The notes: generated by a model from the sequence alone, not told the origin. A stretch of DNA of 64,000 nt from Bacteriovoracia bacterium (GCA_050251055.1 JBFWNL010000002.1:384001-448000); one strand, 5' to 3'; shown: positions 1 to 10,502, numbered from the stretch's first letter. Numbers and translations are program-made.

Positions 1-537
1 TTAGTCGAAAACCATCGCGAATAAAAATCCGTCGAAGATCCTTCCGTCCTTACGGTAATGCTTACGCAGGCGGCCTTCCTGCATGAAACCGGCCTTCTCG
101 AGCACCCGGGTCGACTTCGGATTGTACTCAAACACGTGCGCGGTGATGCGCACGAGCCCAAGCTCGCGGTGCGCGAAGGCGGTGAGCGCCTTCACGACCG
201 TGGTCATGGTGCCACGCCCCCAGTGGGGCTTACCCAACCAGTAACCGATCTCGGCCTGGTGTCCTCCCGGCTCGAAATCAGCAAGACCAATCCCTCCTAT
301 CAGCTCACCCGCTCGATTGCGGATGGCCCAATTCACCGGATGCCCCAGCTTCACCTCGCGCTCACGACAAATCCGCAAGAACGCAAAGGCGTCGTCGGCA
401 TGATAGGGAAACGGGATCCGGAGCGTATTCCGGTAGATCTCGTGCTCCTTCAAATACTCGACATAGGCCCCACAATCACGTTCACGCGGGACATCCAAAT
501 ACAACTCCTCATTTACTTCGATCGTTTCGTACTTCAA
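1..537 (-). CDS. RimJ/RimL-type GNAT N-acetyltransferase
   Basis: AEIGYWLGKPHWGRG acetyl-CoA motif; NPKSTRVLEKAGF C-terminal motif. Confidence 0.9.
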   Translation of the reverse strand: MKYETIEVNEELYLDVPRERDCGAYVEYLKEHEIYRNTLRIPFPYHADDAFAFLRICREREVKLGHPVNWAIRNRAGELIGGIGLADFEPGGHQAEIGYWLGKPHWGRGTMTTVVKALTAFAHRELGLVRITAHVFEYNPKSTRVLEKAGFMQEGRLRKHYRKDGRIFDGFLFAMVFD

Positions 538-556
538 CGGTCCTCCTTTCCATCAA

Positions 557-772
557 CTAGAACAGCTGCTTTTCCCAAGCTTTGAGCTGCTGCTCCACCT
601 TGATCTTTTCTAACTCCGTCCCGGCCCGAAGCGCGGCGTTCAAAAACTCGAACGGACCGGGGGGAGGCGGCCATTCCGGCCACCCGCGTTTGCTTTTCCT
701 CGCGATCTGCTTCCGCCAACTCTGTAGAAAGTTTTCCGCGAAAAAATTTTCATTTTTAATCCCGAACCACAT
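557..772 (-). CDS. Small hypothetical protein (71 aa)
   Basis: AGGAGG RBS just upstream of ATG; co-oriented with the GNAT gene. Confidence 0.55.
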   Translation of the reverse strand: MWFGIKNENFFAENFLQSWRKQIARKSKRGWPEWPPPPGPFEFLNAALRAGTELEKIKVEQQLKAWEKQLF

Positions 773-936
773 ATTGCCTCCTGTTTACGAACACACCGCC
801 GCCTGCACGCACGCGTGCCTCTGCCCGCGCCCGAGGCGGCGGAACTACATATCCGCAGACGAAAACGATCGCGAAATGCGAACGAAACCCGCCGTGCGGT
901 TAAAAAATGCTTTGAATTTTAATGATTAAGCCGGGA

Positions 937-1044
937 TCAGACGCCCGATTGATCGTGAGACGAAGAATCGGAGGTCACGTCCATATCGGTAGTGAGTACC
1001 GGGCATTTTGCCTGCTTCTGGATATTTTTAATTCCGTAAATCAT
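937..1044 (-). CDS. Small ORF (35 aa, MIYGIKNIQKQAKCPV...), not in ORF track
   Basis: AAAGGAGG RBS upstream of ATG at 1044; TGA at 939-937; N-terminus resembles that of 557..772. Confidence 0.4.
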   Translation of the reverse strand: MIYGIKNIQKQAKCPVLTTDMDVTSDSSSHDQSGV

Positions 1045-1139
1045 GGTCGCTTCCTCCTTTCACGAGAAATACTGAAACCAGAATAAGCGAAGTGCGCGCG
1101 TTTGACAATCGCAATTAATAAAAACTGCGAAAAAAAAGC

Positions 1140-2999
1140 CTAAAACAAGGCGGCTTGGTACCGGTAAAGCCGCGCGTACAATCCGTCGGACGCGATAAGC
1201 TCGGGGTGATTGCCTTTTTCCGTAAGCATTCCCTGATGTAACACCAAAATCACATCCGCATTTTTCACCGTCGCCAGCCGGTGCGCGATGATGATTCGAG
1301 TGGGCTTGAAGACGACCTCGCTCGTCTTGGGCATCCGCAAGCTGCGCTCCAGGCGAGCCATCATCTCGTCCTCCGACTGCGAATCGACGTTCGCGGTGGC
1401 TTCATCCAAAACCCAGATGCGGGGATCCACGGCCTCGGCACGCGCGAAGGAAAGCACCTGGCGCTGTCCGGAAGACAGATTTGTTCCGCGCTCGTTCAAG
1501 GATTGATCGGGATTCTCCAAATCCGCGAGGGCGGCGGCGGCGCACGGAACCTCCGCTTCCTCACGAAAAAGCAGAAGGTTCTCACGAACGGTTCCGGAAA
1601 ACAGGAACACGTCTTGTTGAACCAATCCGAAGCTCGCGCGCAAACGGCGCTTATCGTACTCGCGGATGTCCTTTCCGTCGATCAAGATACGCCCTCGTTG
1701 AGGCTCGTAAAACCTCATCAGCAACGAGATCAGCGTCGTCTTGCCCGATCCGGTCGGGCCCACCACGCCCACGGCGGACCCTGCGGGGATTTTTAGTGAA
1801 AAATCACGTAGCACCCAGTGCTCGCCCAGGTAGGCGAACCAAACCCCGTCGAATTCAATTTCTCCCCGCAGGTCAGGCAGCGGCAACGCGCGGGCGGCTG
1901 CCCCATCGGAATCGGGTTCCCGGGTCCACCGGAAAATGGAAAAGGTACGCTCCGCCGAAGCCATGCCCGACAAAAAGACATTCCACTTGTCCACCAGGTC
2001 GTTCACCGGCTCGAAAAGCGCGAGCACGTAAGAAAAGAACGCAACCAAGACCCCGAGCGGGATTTCTTTCTGCAGGGCCATGCCACCGCCGTACCAAACC
2101 ATCAACGCCATGGTTCCGCCCATGCACACGGTAATGGAAGGGCGAAACAACGCCATGATTCGCACCGAACCGAACTGGGCATCGGCGTAACGCTGATTCA
2201 GGCGCCCGAAGGCGGCGAATCGCGCCGCCTGTCGGTTAAAGAGATGAATGACCCGCATGCCCTGAAAAGTCTCAGCTAAAAACGAGTTTAGCGCGGATAA
2301 CTTCGCGCGGGACTCGCGATAAGCGACCTTCAACTTCAAGCTGAAATAAACCGTCATCACCAGCAAGAGCGCGAAGGTGAACCAAGCGATCACCCCCAGT
2401 CGGAAATGCAAAGCCGCCATGCTGCCCAAAATACCGAGCACGACGAAAATGTTGCCGGCGGCGGTAACGAATCCGGAAGTGAACAAATCCGCGATCGACG
2501 AGATGTCGTTCGTCACCCGCGTAACGAGGCGTCCCCCGGGAACCCGGTCATAGGTGGAATTGGGTAGCTTCTGAAGATGCGAAAACAGATCCGTCCGCAG
2601 CGTGTGCATGATCTTCTGCCCCAGGACCGCGAAGAGATACGTGCTCACGATCGTGGCGGTCACCCGGGTCACCTCAAACGCAAGGTACCAACGAATGATC
2701 TGCCGCAGGCGTGCTCCGTTTTTTGGGACCAGGCCTTCGTCGATCGCGTATCCCAACCAACGCGGCAGCGACAGCGCGCAGAAAGTGGACACGAGGACCG
2801 CCGCGATCGCCGCGAAGAAAACCCACTTGAATCGAGCACCATACGAAAGCAAACCCTTAACCGCGCGCCGCCAGCTCGCGTCCAAGCCTCGCGCCGAGCC
2901 GGTCTCCGCCTCGTCGTCATCGCCGTTCAAAAACCGATCCAGGTCAGCGCTCAAGCGGCGCCTCCCCGGGGTTTCCCGACGTTCCCGATTGGGAAGCAA
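1140..2999 (-). CDS. ABC exporter, fused TMD-NBD (MdlB-like half)
   Basis: TM domain; Walker A GPTGSGKT; signature LSSGQRQ; Walker B WVLDEAT. Confidence 0.92.
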   Translation of the reverse strand: MLPNRERRETPGRRRLSADLDRFLNGDDDEAETGSARGLDASWRRAVKGLLSYGARFKWVFFAAIAAVLVSTFCALSLPRWLGYAIDEGLVPKNGARLRQIIRWYLAFEVTRVTATIVSTYLFAVLGQKIMHTLRTDLFSHLQKLPNSTYDRVPGGRLVTRVTNDISSIADLFTSGFVTAAGNIFVVLGILGSMAALHFRLGVIAWFTFALLLVMTVYFSLKLKVAYRESRAKLSALNSFLAETFQGMRVIHLFNRQAARFAAFGRLNQRYADAQFGSVRIMALFRPSITVCMGGTMALMVWYGGGMALQKEIPLGVLVAFFSYVLALFEPVNDLVDKWNVFLSGMASAERTFSIFRWTREPDSDGAAARALPLPDLRGEIEFDGVWFAYLGEHWVLRDFSLKIPAGSAVGVVGPTGSGKTTLISLLMRFYEPQRGRILIDGKDIREYDKRRLRASFGLVQQDVFLFSGTVRENLLLFREEAEVPCAAAALADLENPDQSLNERGTNLSSGQRQVLSFARAEAVDPRIWVLDEATANVDSQSEDEMMARLERSLRMPKTSEVVFKPTRIIIAHRLATVKNADVILVLHQGMLTEKGNHPELIASDGLYARLYRYQAALF

Positions 3000-4833
3000 G
3001 CTGCTCCGTGTAGCTCTCGAGTTCCGCCGCTAAGCGCTGTTGATCGTAAAAGCGGCGATAGAGACCCGCACGTTCCCGCAAGAGCGCGGCGTGCCGGCCC
3101 GCTTGAACCACCTCGCCGCCATCGAGCACGTAGATCTGATCGGCGTCTTGAATGGTAGAGATCCGGTGCGCGGCTACGATCTGCGCCATTGCTCCCGCTC
3201 CATCACCCGCGCGCAGGGAACCCAAGATCTTCGATTCTGTCTCCACGTCGACCGCCGACAATGCGTCGTCGAGTACCAGCACCGGTGGCCGGCGCGCCCA
3301 CGCCCGCGCCAGCGTGATCCGTTGCTTTTGGCCCCCCGAGAGATTCACACCCCGCTCACCGAGCATCGTCTGGTAGCCATTGGGTAAGCGCGCGATGTCG
3401 CCGTCGACCGCCGCCAACCGCGCAAACCGTTCCGCCCATGCCAACCGGCCCGTGGGATCGTCTAATCCGGCTAGGCCTAGCGCGATGTTCTCGGCGACGC
3501 TATCGCTAAAGAGAAAAACATCCTGGGAAACAAATCCGATCTGTGCGCGCAGCTCCGCGAGCGGCCAACGGTTTACGTCTACGCCGTCCAGAAAGACCTG
3601 CCCATCCGCCACCGGGTAAAGACGCGGGAGCGTGGAGAGAAGCGCTGTTTTTCCCGAGCCGATCCGGCCCAGGAGCGCGACGCGCTGACCGGGCTCCACC
3701 GTAATGGATACGTCCTTCAAAACCGGGCGGCCGCCTCCCGATTCGCGCGGGCCCGCCGGAAACGCGAAATTCAAGCGGCGCCACTCTACGCGACCCTTGG
3801 CGCGCCCACCGGATACCCAGCGGGTGGGCAGACTCGGGGTCGCGTCTTCCGGCACATCCGTCCGTTCGGCCATCACCTCGGCCACGCGTTTGCCGCTCGC
3901 CACTGCGCGCTGGTAAATCGTGACTGTGACGCCGATGGCGGCCATGGGCCAGATCATCTTTTGTATGTAACGCTGGAACGCGACGAAGGTTCCGATCGTC
4001 ACCACGTCGCCGATCACCAGTGGGCCGCCGAATGCGAGTAGGCAAACCAACCCCAGGCTCATGATGAAATCAAGACTGGGGTCGAACGCGCTCTGCACGC
4101 GTGCCAGGCGGAGGCTTTTGGCCGCATAGTCACGTCCCGCGCGGGCGAACCGTCCCAGCTGAGCATCCTCGTTCGCAAACGCGCGCACCAAACGGATGCC
4201 CATGATGTTCTCTTGAGCGAGCGCGGCCACCTGCGCGAAGGATTCCTGAACTGCGCCAAAGCGCGCGTGGATCTGGCGCTCGAACCAATAAACGATGAAA
4301 GGAATAAACGGCAACGGCAGGAATGCGATCAGGGTAAGCTTCGGTGAAAGCCAAAGCATCGCCGCCGTGATGGTCACGAGGTAAAAAACCGCATCGGCTA
4401 GTACGATCACGCCCGCCCCGATGGCCATGCGAATCGCTTCGGTATCGTTCGTGGCGAGCGACATGAGATCGCCGATACGACGTCGATCGTAGAAGCTTGG
4501 GGAAAGGTCCACCAAGTGCCGCGCGAAAGAGGCGCGGATATCCCTCCCCGAAAGCATGCTCGTACGCACCAAGGTCATGCGCCAAAAGTACCGACAAACC
4601 GCCTGGACCAAGACTACGCCCAAGTAAATCAGGGAAAAAACCGCGAGCTTGGCGAATAGCCCCGCCGATTCGGGAAGTATCACCAGATCGACGGTTTCCT
4701 TAAGGAGAAGCGGAGGAATGATCTCGAGCGTATCGACCACGATCAGCGCAAATAATCCCGCGGCGACGAATCCCTTATACTTCCAAAGGTAGTGGCGAAT
4801 GAGGCGGCTCTCGTCCAAGAAACGGCGAATCAC
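2944..4833 (-). CDS. ABC exporter, fused TMD-NBD (MdlA-like half, degenerate site)
   Basis: Walker A GRIGSGKT; LSGGQKQR; Walker B LVLDD (Asp instead of Glu), typical of heterodimeric exporters. Confidence 0.92.
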   Translation of the reverse strand: MIRRFLDESRLIRHYLWKYKGFVAAGLFALIVVDTLEIIPPLLLKETVDLVILPESAGLFAKLAVFSLIYLGVVLVQAVCRYFWRMTLVRTSMLSGRDIRASFARHLVDLSPSFYDRRRIGDLMSLATNDTEAIRMAIGAGVIVLADAVFYLVTITAAMLWLSPKLTLIAFLPLPFIPFIVYWFERQIHARFGAVQESFAQVAALAQENIMGIRLVRAFANEDAQLGRFARAGRDYAAKSLRLARVQSAFDPSLDFIMSLGLVCLLAFGGPLVIGDVVTIGTFVAFQRYIQKMIWPMAAIGVTVTIYQRAVASGKRVAEVMAERTDVPEDATPSLPTRWVSGGRAKGRVEWRRLNFAFPAGPRESGGGRPVLKDVSITVEPGQRVALLGRIGSGKTALLSTLPRLYPVADGQVFLDGVDVNRWPLAELRAQIGFVSQDVFLFSDSVAENIALGLAGLDDPTGRLAWAERFARLAAVDGDIARLPNGYQTMLGERGVNLSGGQKQRITLARAWARRPPVLVLDDALSAVDVETESKILGSLRAGDGAGAMAQIVAAHRISTIQDADQIYVLDGGEVVQAGRHAALLRERAGLYRRFYDQQRLAAELESYTEQLASQSGTSGNPGEAPLER

Positions 4834-5801
4834 GGCGAGGCCCCCTCGATGATCTCGGCGAAGTCCTTCGGTACAGGACTTTCGATCGCCATTCTTTCAC
4901 CCTTCAGCGGATGCGCGAACTCCAAACGCGCGGCGTGCAGCAGGATGCGTGGGACCGCAGGCTGGGCGGGCGCCCCATACAGGCGATCCCCTAAAATAGG
5001 GAGCCCGTGCTCGGCGAGATGCACACGAATCTGATGCATGCGGCCCGTTCGCGGCTGCGCTTCGATGAGATAGACCCGAGCATCCCCTAGTTTCAGCGCA
5101 CGGAGGCAATGAAACGAAGTTTCGGCGTAGTCGCCGCCCGACTTCACGCCGGACATCTTAGCTGGCCGCTTAGAGGTGCCCTTGGATTTCTTCAAATGAT
5201 TCTTTAGCACCCAACGGCCGGGATCGCGACCCCGGGCGGACCCCATCCGGGTGTCCACGCAAAGCGCGACGTAAGTCTTCTGCAACGTATGGCTTGCGAA
5301 CTGATCGGCGATCGAGGAGTTCGCCGCCTTGTCTCGGGTGAAAAGAATTACCCCCGAGGTATCTCGATCCAACCGGTGATGAAGCCCCACGTAGGCGCCC
5401 GCTCCCCACGTAGCTTCGCAGTAACGCTGGACTTCCCGATACAGATTCGACCGGGCGTCGTCCAGAGTGGGCTGGGTCGGCACCCCCGCCGGCTTATCTA
5501 CTATAATGATGGCGTCGTCGACGAAGAGCACGCGCTCGGGCGTAAGTTTGAACTCCACCCGCGCGGGCGTCTTGAGCTTCTGCTCATCGAGGTAAACTTG
5601 GAGCTTGGCGCCGGGAAGCAGGGGCTTGGAGGCGATCCGCACTCGCTTGCCGTTGAGATAGACGGCGCCGGCCACGATCAGCTTACGCACGGAAGACTTG
5701 GAAAACTCGCGCCCCAATTCGGCGGGCAGCCAGGTAGCCAGAGCCTGGTCAAGCCGCGAGCCGCGGAGAGATTCGGGGACGGAGAATTCGAGGCGCTTCA
5801 C
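4830..5801 (-). CDS. RluA/RluD-family pseudouridine synthase with S4 domain
   Basis: RLDQAL S4 start; HRLDRDTSG catalytic motif; TGRMHQIRVH; ILGDRLYG. Confidence 0.95.
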   Translation of the reverse strand: MKRLEFSVPESLRGSRLDQALATWLPAELGREFSKSSVRKLIVAGAVYLNGKRVRIASKPLLPGAKLQVYLDEQKLKTPARVEFKLTPERVLFVDDAIIIVDKPAGVPTQPTLDDARSNLYREVQRYCEATWGAGAYVGLHHRLDRDTSGVILFTRDKAANSSIADQFASHTLQKTYVALCVDTRMGSARGRDPGRWVLKNHLKKSKGTSKRPAKMSGVKSGGDYAETSFHCLRALKLGDARVYLIEAQPRTGRMHQIRVHLAEHGLPILGDRLYGAPAQPAVPRILLHAARLEFAHPLKGERMAIESPVPKDFAEIIEGASP

Positions 5802-5937
5802 CAGAGCGGTTTACTCCAAATAGTGGGGGTTTTCCAGCTGGAAGCCCGCGCGGGCTGGGCGGGATTTGCCTACCTCGGGCCCTCCGAGTCCGCGATTTTC
5901 CAATACGGATCGGTATGTTACACTCAAGTCATCAGCC

Positions 5938-7230
5938 ATGGCGTGGGAATCTTACAAAGAGAAAGTCAAACACCTCTCCGTCCGCATCGTAAACGCCCAG
6001 CGCCCCATTCGCATCCTCGATTCGATTAAATGGGATCCGACCGTGGAGGCCGCCTTCAAGGCCTCCAAAGGCAAGGAGCTCCCGGAAATCGACGCCGACT
6101 ATTACTCCCGCATGTCGCCGGGATTCGACCTCCAAAAGAAGAACGACGAATTCAACGAGATACTCACGGACATCCGCACCGTGCTTGGCCCCGAGGACGA
6201 AATCGGCAAGCTCCTCACGAAAATCACCGAGCAATACCTATTAGTGACAAAGCTGATCGAGAGCCGGGGTAAGCGCGCGTTTTGGGAGTACAGCAAGCAG
6301 CTTTACGGATCGCCGAAAGATACCTTTCCGGAAGACACCAACACCATCATCTCGCTGGGCAACCTGCTCTACTCCATCCTGACCAAGGTCAAGGATGAAC
6401 GGCTGGGCCCCACCTATCCCAAGAACCTCAACGCCGAAGACGTCGTGAAGGCGCTTTCCGCCAATCTGGGCGCGTACTTCGCGCAGGATCCGCTCACCGT
6501 AAAAATTTCCGACGGTATCGTGGCCGACGCCTCGGCCGGTGGCGACAGCATCAAGATCCGCAAGGAAGCGAGCTTTTCATCCCGTGACATCTCGATCTTG
6601 GAGGTACACGAGGGCTGGGTCCACATCGGCACGACGCTGAACGGCCGCCACCAACACGTGGCGACCTGGCTGTCGGTGGGTCCGCCGCGTGTCACCTCGG
6701 TGCAGGAAGGCCTTGCCGTACTGATGGAAATCATCACCTTCAATTCGTATCCGAGGCGCGCCCGGCGCATCAACGACCGCCTGCTCGCCGTCGACAAGGC
6801 CGAGGACGGCGCGAACTTTCTCGATATTTACGACTTCTTCCAAACCGAGGGCTACCCCGAGAACGAGTGCTACGTGAACACGATGCGAATTTTCCGTGGC
6901 GGCGTGGTAGGCGGCGGGGCGCCTTTCACGAAGGATATCTCTTATTGCAAAGGTTTCGTGGAGGACTACAATTTCATCCGCGCCGCGATTCGCGCGGGGA
7001 AACCGGAGATTCTGCCCTTCCTGTTCGTCGGAAAACTGCACGTCGACGACATCCCGCTGCTGTACCAAAGATACCAGGAAGGCATCATCGACTTCCCCAC
7101 CTACCTGCCCCCGCAATTTCGTGACCTCAACGGGCTCTTCGTTTGGATGAGCTTCTCGAGCTTCTTCAACCGGGTCGATCTCCAGCGCATTCAGAGCCGC
7201 TTCGATCGGCTCTTCAAGCAATATTTGTAG
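5938..7230 (+). CDS. QEGLA-motif (DUF1704 / MATCAP-like) metallopeptidase-like protein
   Basis: HEGWVH zinc motif, QEGLA, FTKDISY; ATG at 5938 is the likelier start. Confidence 0.85.
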   Translation: MAWESYKEKVKHLSVRIVNAQRPIRILDSIKWDPTVEAAFKASKGKELPEIDADYYSRMSPGFDLQKKNDEFNEILTDIRTVLGPEDEIGKLLTKITEQYLLVTKLIESRGKRAFWEYSKQLYGSPKDTFPEDTNTIISLGNLLYSILTKVKDERLGPTYPKNLNAEDVVKALSANLGAYFAQDPLTVKISDGIVADASAGGDSIKIRKEASFSSRDISILEVHEGWVHIGTTLNGRHQHVATWLSVGPPRVTSVQEGLAVLMEIITFNSYPRRARRINDRLLAVDKAEDGANFLDIYDFFQTEGYPENECYVNTMRIFRGGVVGGGAPFTKDISYCKGFVEDYNFIRAAIRAGKPEILPFLFVGKLHVDDIPLLYQRYQEGIIDFPTYLPPQFRDLNGLFVWMSFSSFFNRVDLQRIQSRFDRLFKQYL

Positions 7231-7234
7231 GCGC

Positions 7235-10200
7235 CTACGGAACGGACACGGAAATCGTCATCCCCGTGCTATTGTTCCAATAGCTCCCGCTGGCTGACAC
7301 CGTCTTCACCAACGCCCGTACCTGATAGCGATAACTGCCGGCGACGACCGCTGACTGCACATATGACGTCGCGATGGTCTGGCCGATACGCTGAAAGGCG
7401 CCGCCGGACGCGGAAGCCCGGTAGACGTGATAGATCACGCCCGCCGCTGCCGATGGCTCCCAGCTCAAGGTGACTGTACGAGCCCCCGTGGAACCGCTGA
7501 CCGCCGCTGCGACCCCGGAAGGGCCCGGGACCATTTGGGTGCGAAGGGTCGGATCACCCATCAATGGAACCGCAAAGGGAGCGGAGTCCAGGCTGGGGCA
7601 AGCCAATGTGCCCTCATAGAGTGGAGGAGTCGCCGAAAAACAGTATCCCGACGAAGGAGAAGCAGCCGCCCAGCTGTTGTTAATCGAGCGAAGCGAAGCA
7701 TAGCCGAGATTGAAACCCATCGGCAGGTGTTGGCCAAAAAAATTCACCAGTCGTCCCTGAGTGGAAGCCAGACCGTAGCCTTCGGCGGCCAGAGGCGCGC
7801 GGAGGAAGTTCTCCTGTACGTCCCAGTCGCCGAAATAGCTACCAATCAAGGTATAAAACACGCCGTACGTAGATTGCGATGCATACTCGTCGGTGCTAGC
7901 ACCGTTGAATCCTTGGAAAGCCCCGGCCCCCGCTCCATGCACCCATAGGTACGGAGATTGGTTCAGCACCGGCACCAATCCACGCTGGGTTGGCGGCAGG
8001 GAGTATATATTCGCGGGGCCTACGGCGGGGCTCGCATTTCGCCAACCGTCGGTCGCCGGCCAGTTTTCGTAGGCTCCCAACCGATCGGAGATCAGCGCCC
8101 GTGAAGGCACCTGGAAGGTCGCTATTCGGTAGGCGTGGTTTTTATCGAGATAGCGTCGCAGCAAGCGGATCTCGAGCTGGGCGTCGGTTTCGCCGGCGCG
8201 CCGGAACGCCAGGCCCTGGCTCTCTGGCCGAGCCATGTTCGACAGATCCACCCGCCCGACCTGAAGCTGGGCGCGAAAGCCGGGAATTTCGTTCTGATCG
8301 AACTTGCCGTCTCCCGGTACGTTCCGCAGCCGATCCGGAACCGGCGGAGGCAGCGTCACCACGGTTGACTGATTCGCTTGGCAATCCGTCCAAGCGCGTT
8401 CGCGCACGTAAGTATAAACACTCATGCCGGCGGGAATTTGCGCACAATTCAAATCGACGGGCTTGAGCATTTCGCCATAAAACCAATCCGAAGGATGGGC
8501 GCCGTAAGTGTCGTGCGTGATTGGCTTGGTACCGGCGTAAGGAACCGGAACCCGGCCCAGCAGGAAAACCGCTTTCGTATTGATCGTGTCTTGCTGATAC
8601 GCCCTCTGGATGGCGGCACGCACTCGCACGACCTGGCGGCCGCAATGACTTTGACCAGCGATCGTTTCGCAGCTGTCGGGATTCCCGTCGACGTGGCGAT
8701 CGACATCGAGGCGCACGACTTGCCAGCCGTCACCCTCTACGTCCGCAGTAAGTCGGGCGATCTCGGGGCCTAGGATCGGCGCCAACGTTCGCTCCACCAC
8801 GAGAACAAGCTTGCCGCGCGAATCCACGCGTGGAAGCTCAATTCCCGTATAGAGGTAACCGCGCCGGACGATGCCGGTCCCCGATGGATTGCGGCCGATC
8901 ACGGCGTATTCGTAGCCTTGTCCCACGGTGATCCCGGTATCCACGAATCCCACCGCGGATTGATATTCTGGAAAGAAAGGATCCGCGTGCATGATCCACT
9001 GGGGTTGGGATATGGGCGTCCATTGTGCGTCGTTCAGGCTTTTGCGGTAAACCTGGTACTGATTACTGCGGCTCATTTGTGGCCACTTCACGGTGATCCG
9101 TGCCGGCGAGGCGCTCACCTCGGCCTCCAGTTGCACGGTCGTGTCGACGGCGTGGGCGTCTTCGTGCGCGTCGATGTAGAAAGCGGGCAAGACCGCTTCC
9201 GTGACCCGGCCCGACGGTTCGCGTAACTGTACGCTCAACCGATGAACGGAGGTAAACCATGCACCGACGACTTGCCGAGACGTGCCGATTTCCGCCCGAA
9301 CATTACTGAAACTGAGCACGCGATCACGTGAACCCCGGACGTGTTCGCCAATGGGAGGAACCGACTCATCCACGAGCAGGCGTCCGTCCAAGTACCATTG
9401 GTAAGTTAACCCGACCGGAACGGGAGCGTCGATCGCGACCTCGAAAAAAGCGTTCTGGTGCCGGTGAAAAGTAATCGCTCCGCCCACCGGGGGTTCAGGG
9501 TATAGCCTTACTGGCAGACCGCTCGAAGCTTCCGGCGTGACCTGCACCTGCGCGGTCTGGGTGTCAACCGACCGGCTGTCGATCCCGACCCGCACGCTGT
9601 ATTCGCCGGCATCCGAGAACTCGACCGATTCGACTGTCAACGTGCTGGAGTCAAATTCACGGGTGATGCCCACGCGCTCGCTCGCCATGAGAGGGGCTCC
9701 GTCCTTCAGCCACTGCACCGGGGTACCGGCGACGGCGTAGAATCTCGCGCTCAAAGTCAGCCGTGCCCCTGCCACCAGGGTCACTCCCGCAGGCGCCTCC
9801 GCTATACGGGGGCTGAGCTCCGCCACGGCCGGCGCCCGCCCCCAGTTACCGAGAAGAATGGGAAGGTCACGCGAGTCCACGCGTCCATCGCCGTTGAGAT
9901 CGGCCGCGCCCCCGGTCGTGCCCCAACTGGCGAGAAAAGTCGCGTTGTCGGTGGCATCCACCTGCCCATCGCGGTTAATATCTCCCGGAACCGGCGACAC
10001 GGTAATCACGGCCGGCGAGCTAGTGGTGGTTCCGTGAGCGTTCGAAACCACCGCCTCGTAGCTACCCGCGAAGTCCGGATGACCGAAGAGAACGAGCTCT
10101 GGTCCAGCTTCACCCACCAGTGGCAGACCGTTGCGACGCCAGGCCACGCTCGCGCTAGACTCAGAATCGAAATCTACGTGTAGGCGCTCGACCCCTCCCA

Positions 10201-10390
10201 AAAAAACCGTGCGGGAAAATGGAGAAGCCGTGATGACCGGAGCCCCGGCGACGGAAGCAATGGAGCCCAGGTTTTGCTCGACCCAAGCGGATTGCGCTTC
10301 ACGCGCCGAAGGCCGGGCTCCCAAATCCAAGCAACCCGTTTGTGCAATTAAAGACAAACTCACTAGTGAACGTACCGCGAATAACCGCAT
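7235..10390 (-). CDS. Large lipoprotein: Ig-like domains, dockerin-like domain, FN3, gingipain/C25-like domain, C-terminal FN3
   Basis: Lipobox AQTG-C; GDINRDGQVD...DLNGDGRVD duplicated Ca loops; Ig motifs (QWLKDG...DAGEYSV); VFLLGRVPVP, QVGRVD and LMGDPTLR resemble the C25 fold. Confidence 0.7.
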   Translation of the reverse strand: MRLFAVRSLVSLSLIAQTGCLDLGARPSAREAQSAWVEQNLGSIASVAGAPVITASPFSRTVFLGGVERLHVDFDSESSASVAWRRNGLPLVGEAGPELVLFGHPDFAGSYEAVVSNAHGTTTSSPAVITVSPVPGDINRDGQVDATDNATFLASWGTTGGAADLNGDGRVDSRDLPILLGNWGRAPAVAELSPRIAEAPAGVTLVAGARLTLSARFYAVAGTPVQWLKDGAPLMASERVGITREFDSSTLTVESVEFSDAGEYSVRVGIDSRSVDTQTAQVQVTPEASSGLPVRLYPEPPVGGAITFHRHQNAFFEVAIDAPVPVGLTYQWYLDGRLLVDESVPPIGEHVRGSRDRVLSFSNVRAEIGTSRQVVGAWFTSVHRLSVQLREPSGRVTEAVLPAFYIDAHEDAHAVDTTVQLEAEVSASPARITVKWPQMSRSNQYQVYRKSLNDAQWTPISQPQWIMHADPFFPEYQSAVGFVDTGITVGQGYEYAVIGRNPSGTGIVRRGYLYTGIELPRVDSRGKLVLVVERTLAPILGPEIARLTADVEGDGWQVVRLDVDRHVDGNPDSCETIAGQSHCGRQVVRVRAAIQRAYQQDTINTKAVFLLGRVPVPYAGTKPITHDTYGAHPSDWFYGEMLKPVDLNCAQIPAGMSVYTYVRERAWTDCQANQSTVVTLPPPVPDRLRNVPGDGKFDQNEIPGFRAQLQVGRVDLSNMARPESQGLAFRRAGETDAQLEIRLLRRYLDKNHAYRIATFQVPSRALISDRLGAYENWPATDGWRNASPAVGPANIYSLPPTQRGLVPVLNQSPYLWVHGAGAGAFQGFNGASTDEYASQSTYGVFYTLIGSYFGDWDVQENFLRAPLAAEGYGLASTQGRLVNFFGQHLPMGFNLGYASLRSINNSWAAASPSSGYCFSATPPLYEGTLACPSLDSAPFAVPLMGDPTLRTQMVPGPSGVAAAVSGSTGARTVTLSWEPSAAAGVIYHVYRASASGGAFQRIGQTIATSYVQSAVVAGSYRYQVRALVKTVSASGSYWNNSTGMTISVSVP

Positions 10391-10486
10391 GTGATTCCCC
10401 CGTTTTGACTTAAAACCACCCGAGACTCCATCATCGGAAATTTTTGGTCGGCGGCGGATGTGTCAAACGGGATGAGGGAGTTATAT

Positions 10487-10502
10487 GTATTCCGGCGTAT
10501 TC
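10487..10502 (-). promoter_or_regulatory. Direct-repeat operator candidate GAATAC-GCCG-GAATAC
   Basis: Intergenic, about 96 nt upstream of ATG 10390; one of four co-oriented copies in the locus. Confidence 0.65.

Noticed and set aside
1001-1016. GG-N10-GC sigma54-like sequence on the plus strand
   Set aside because: Weak match, no plus-strand gene downstream, and it lies inside a minus-strand small ORF.
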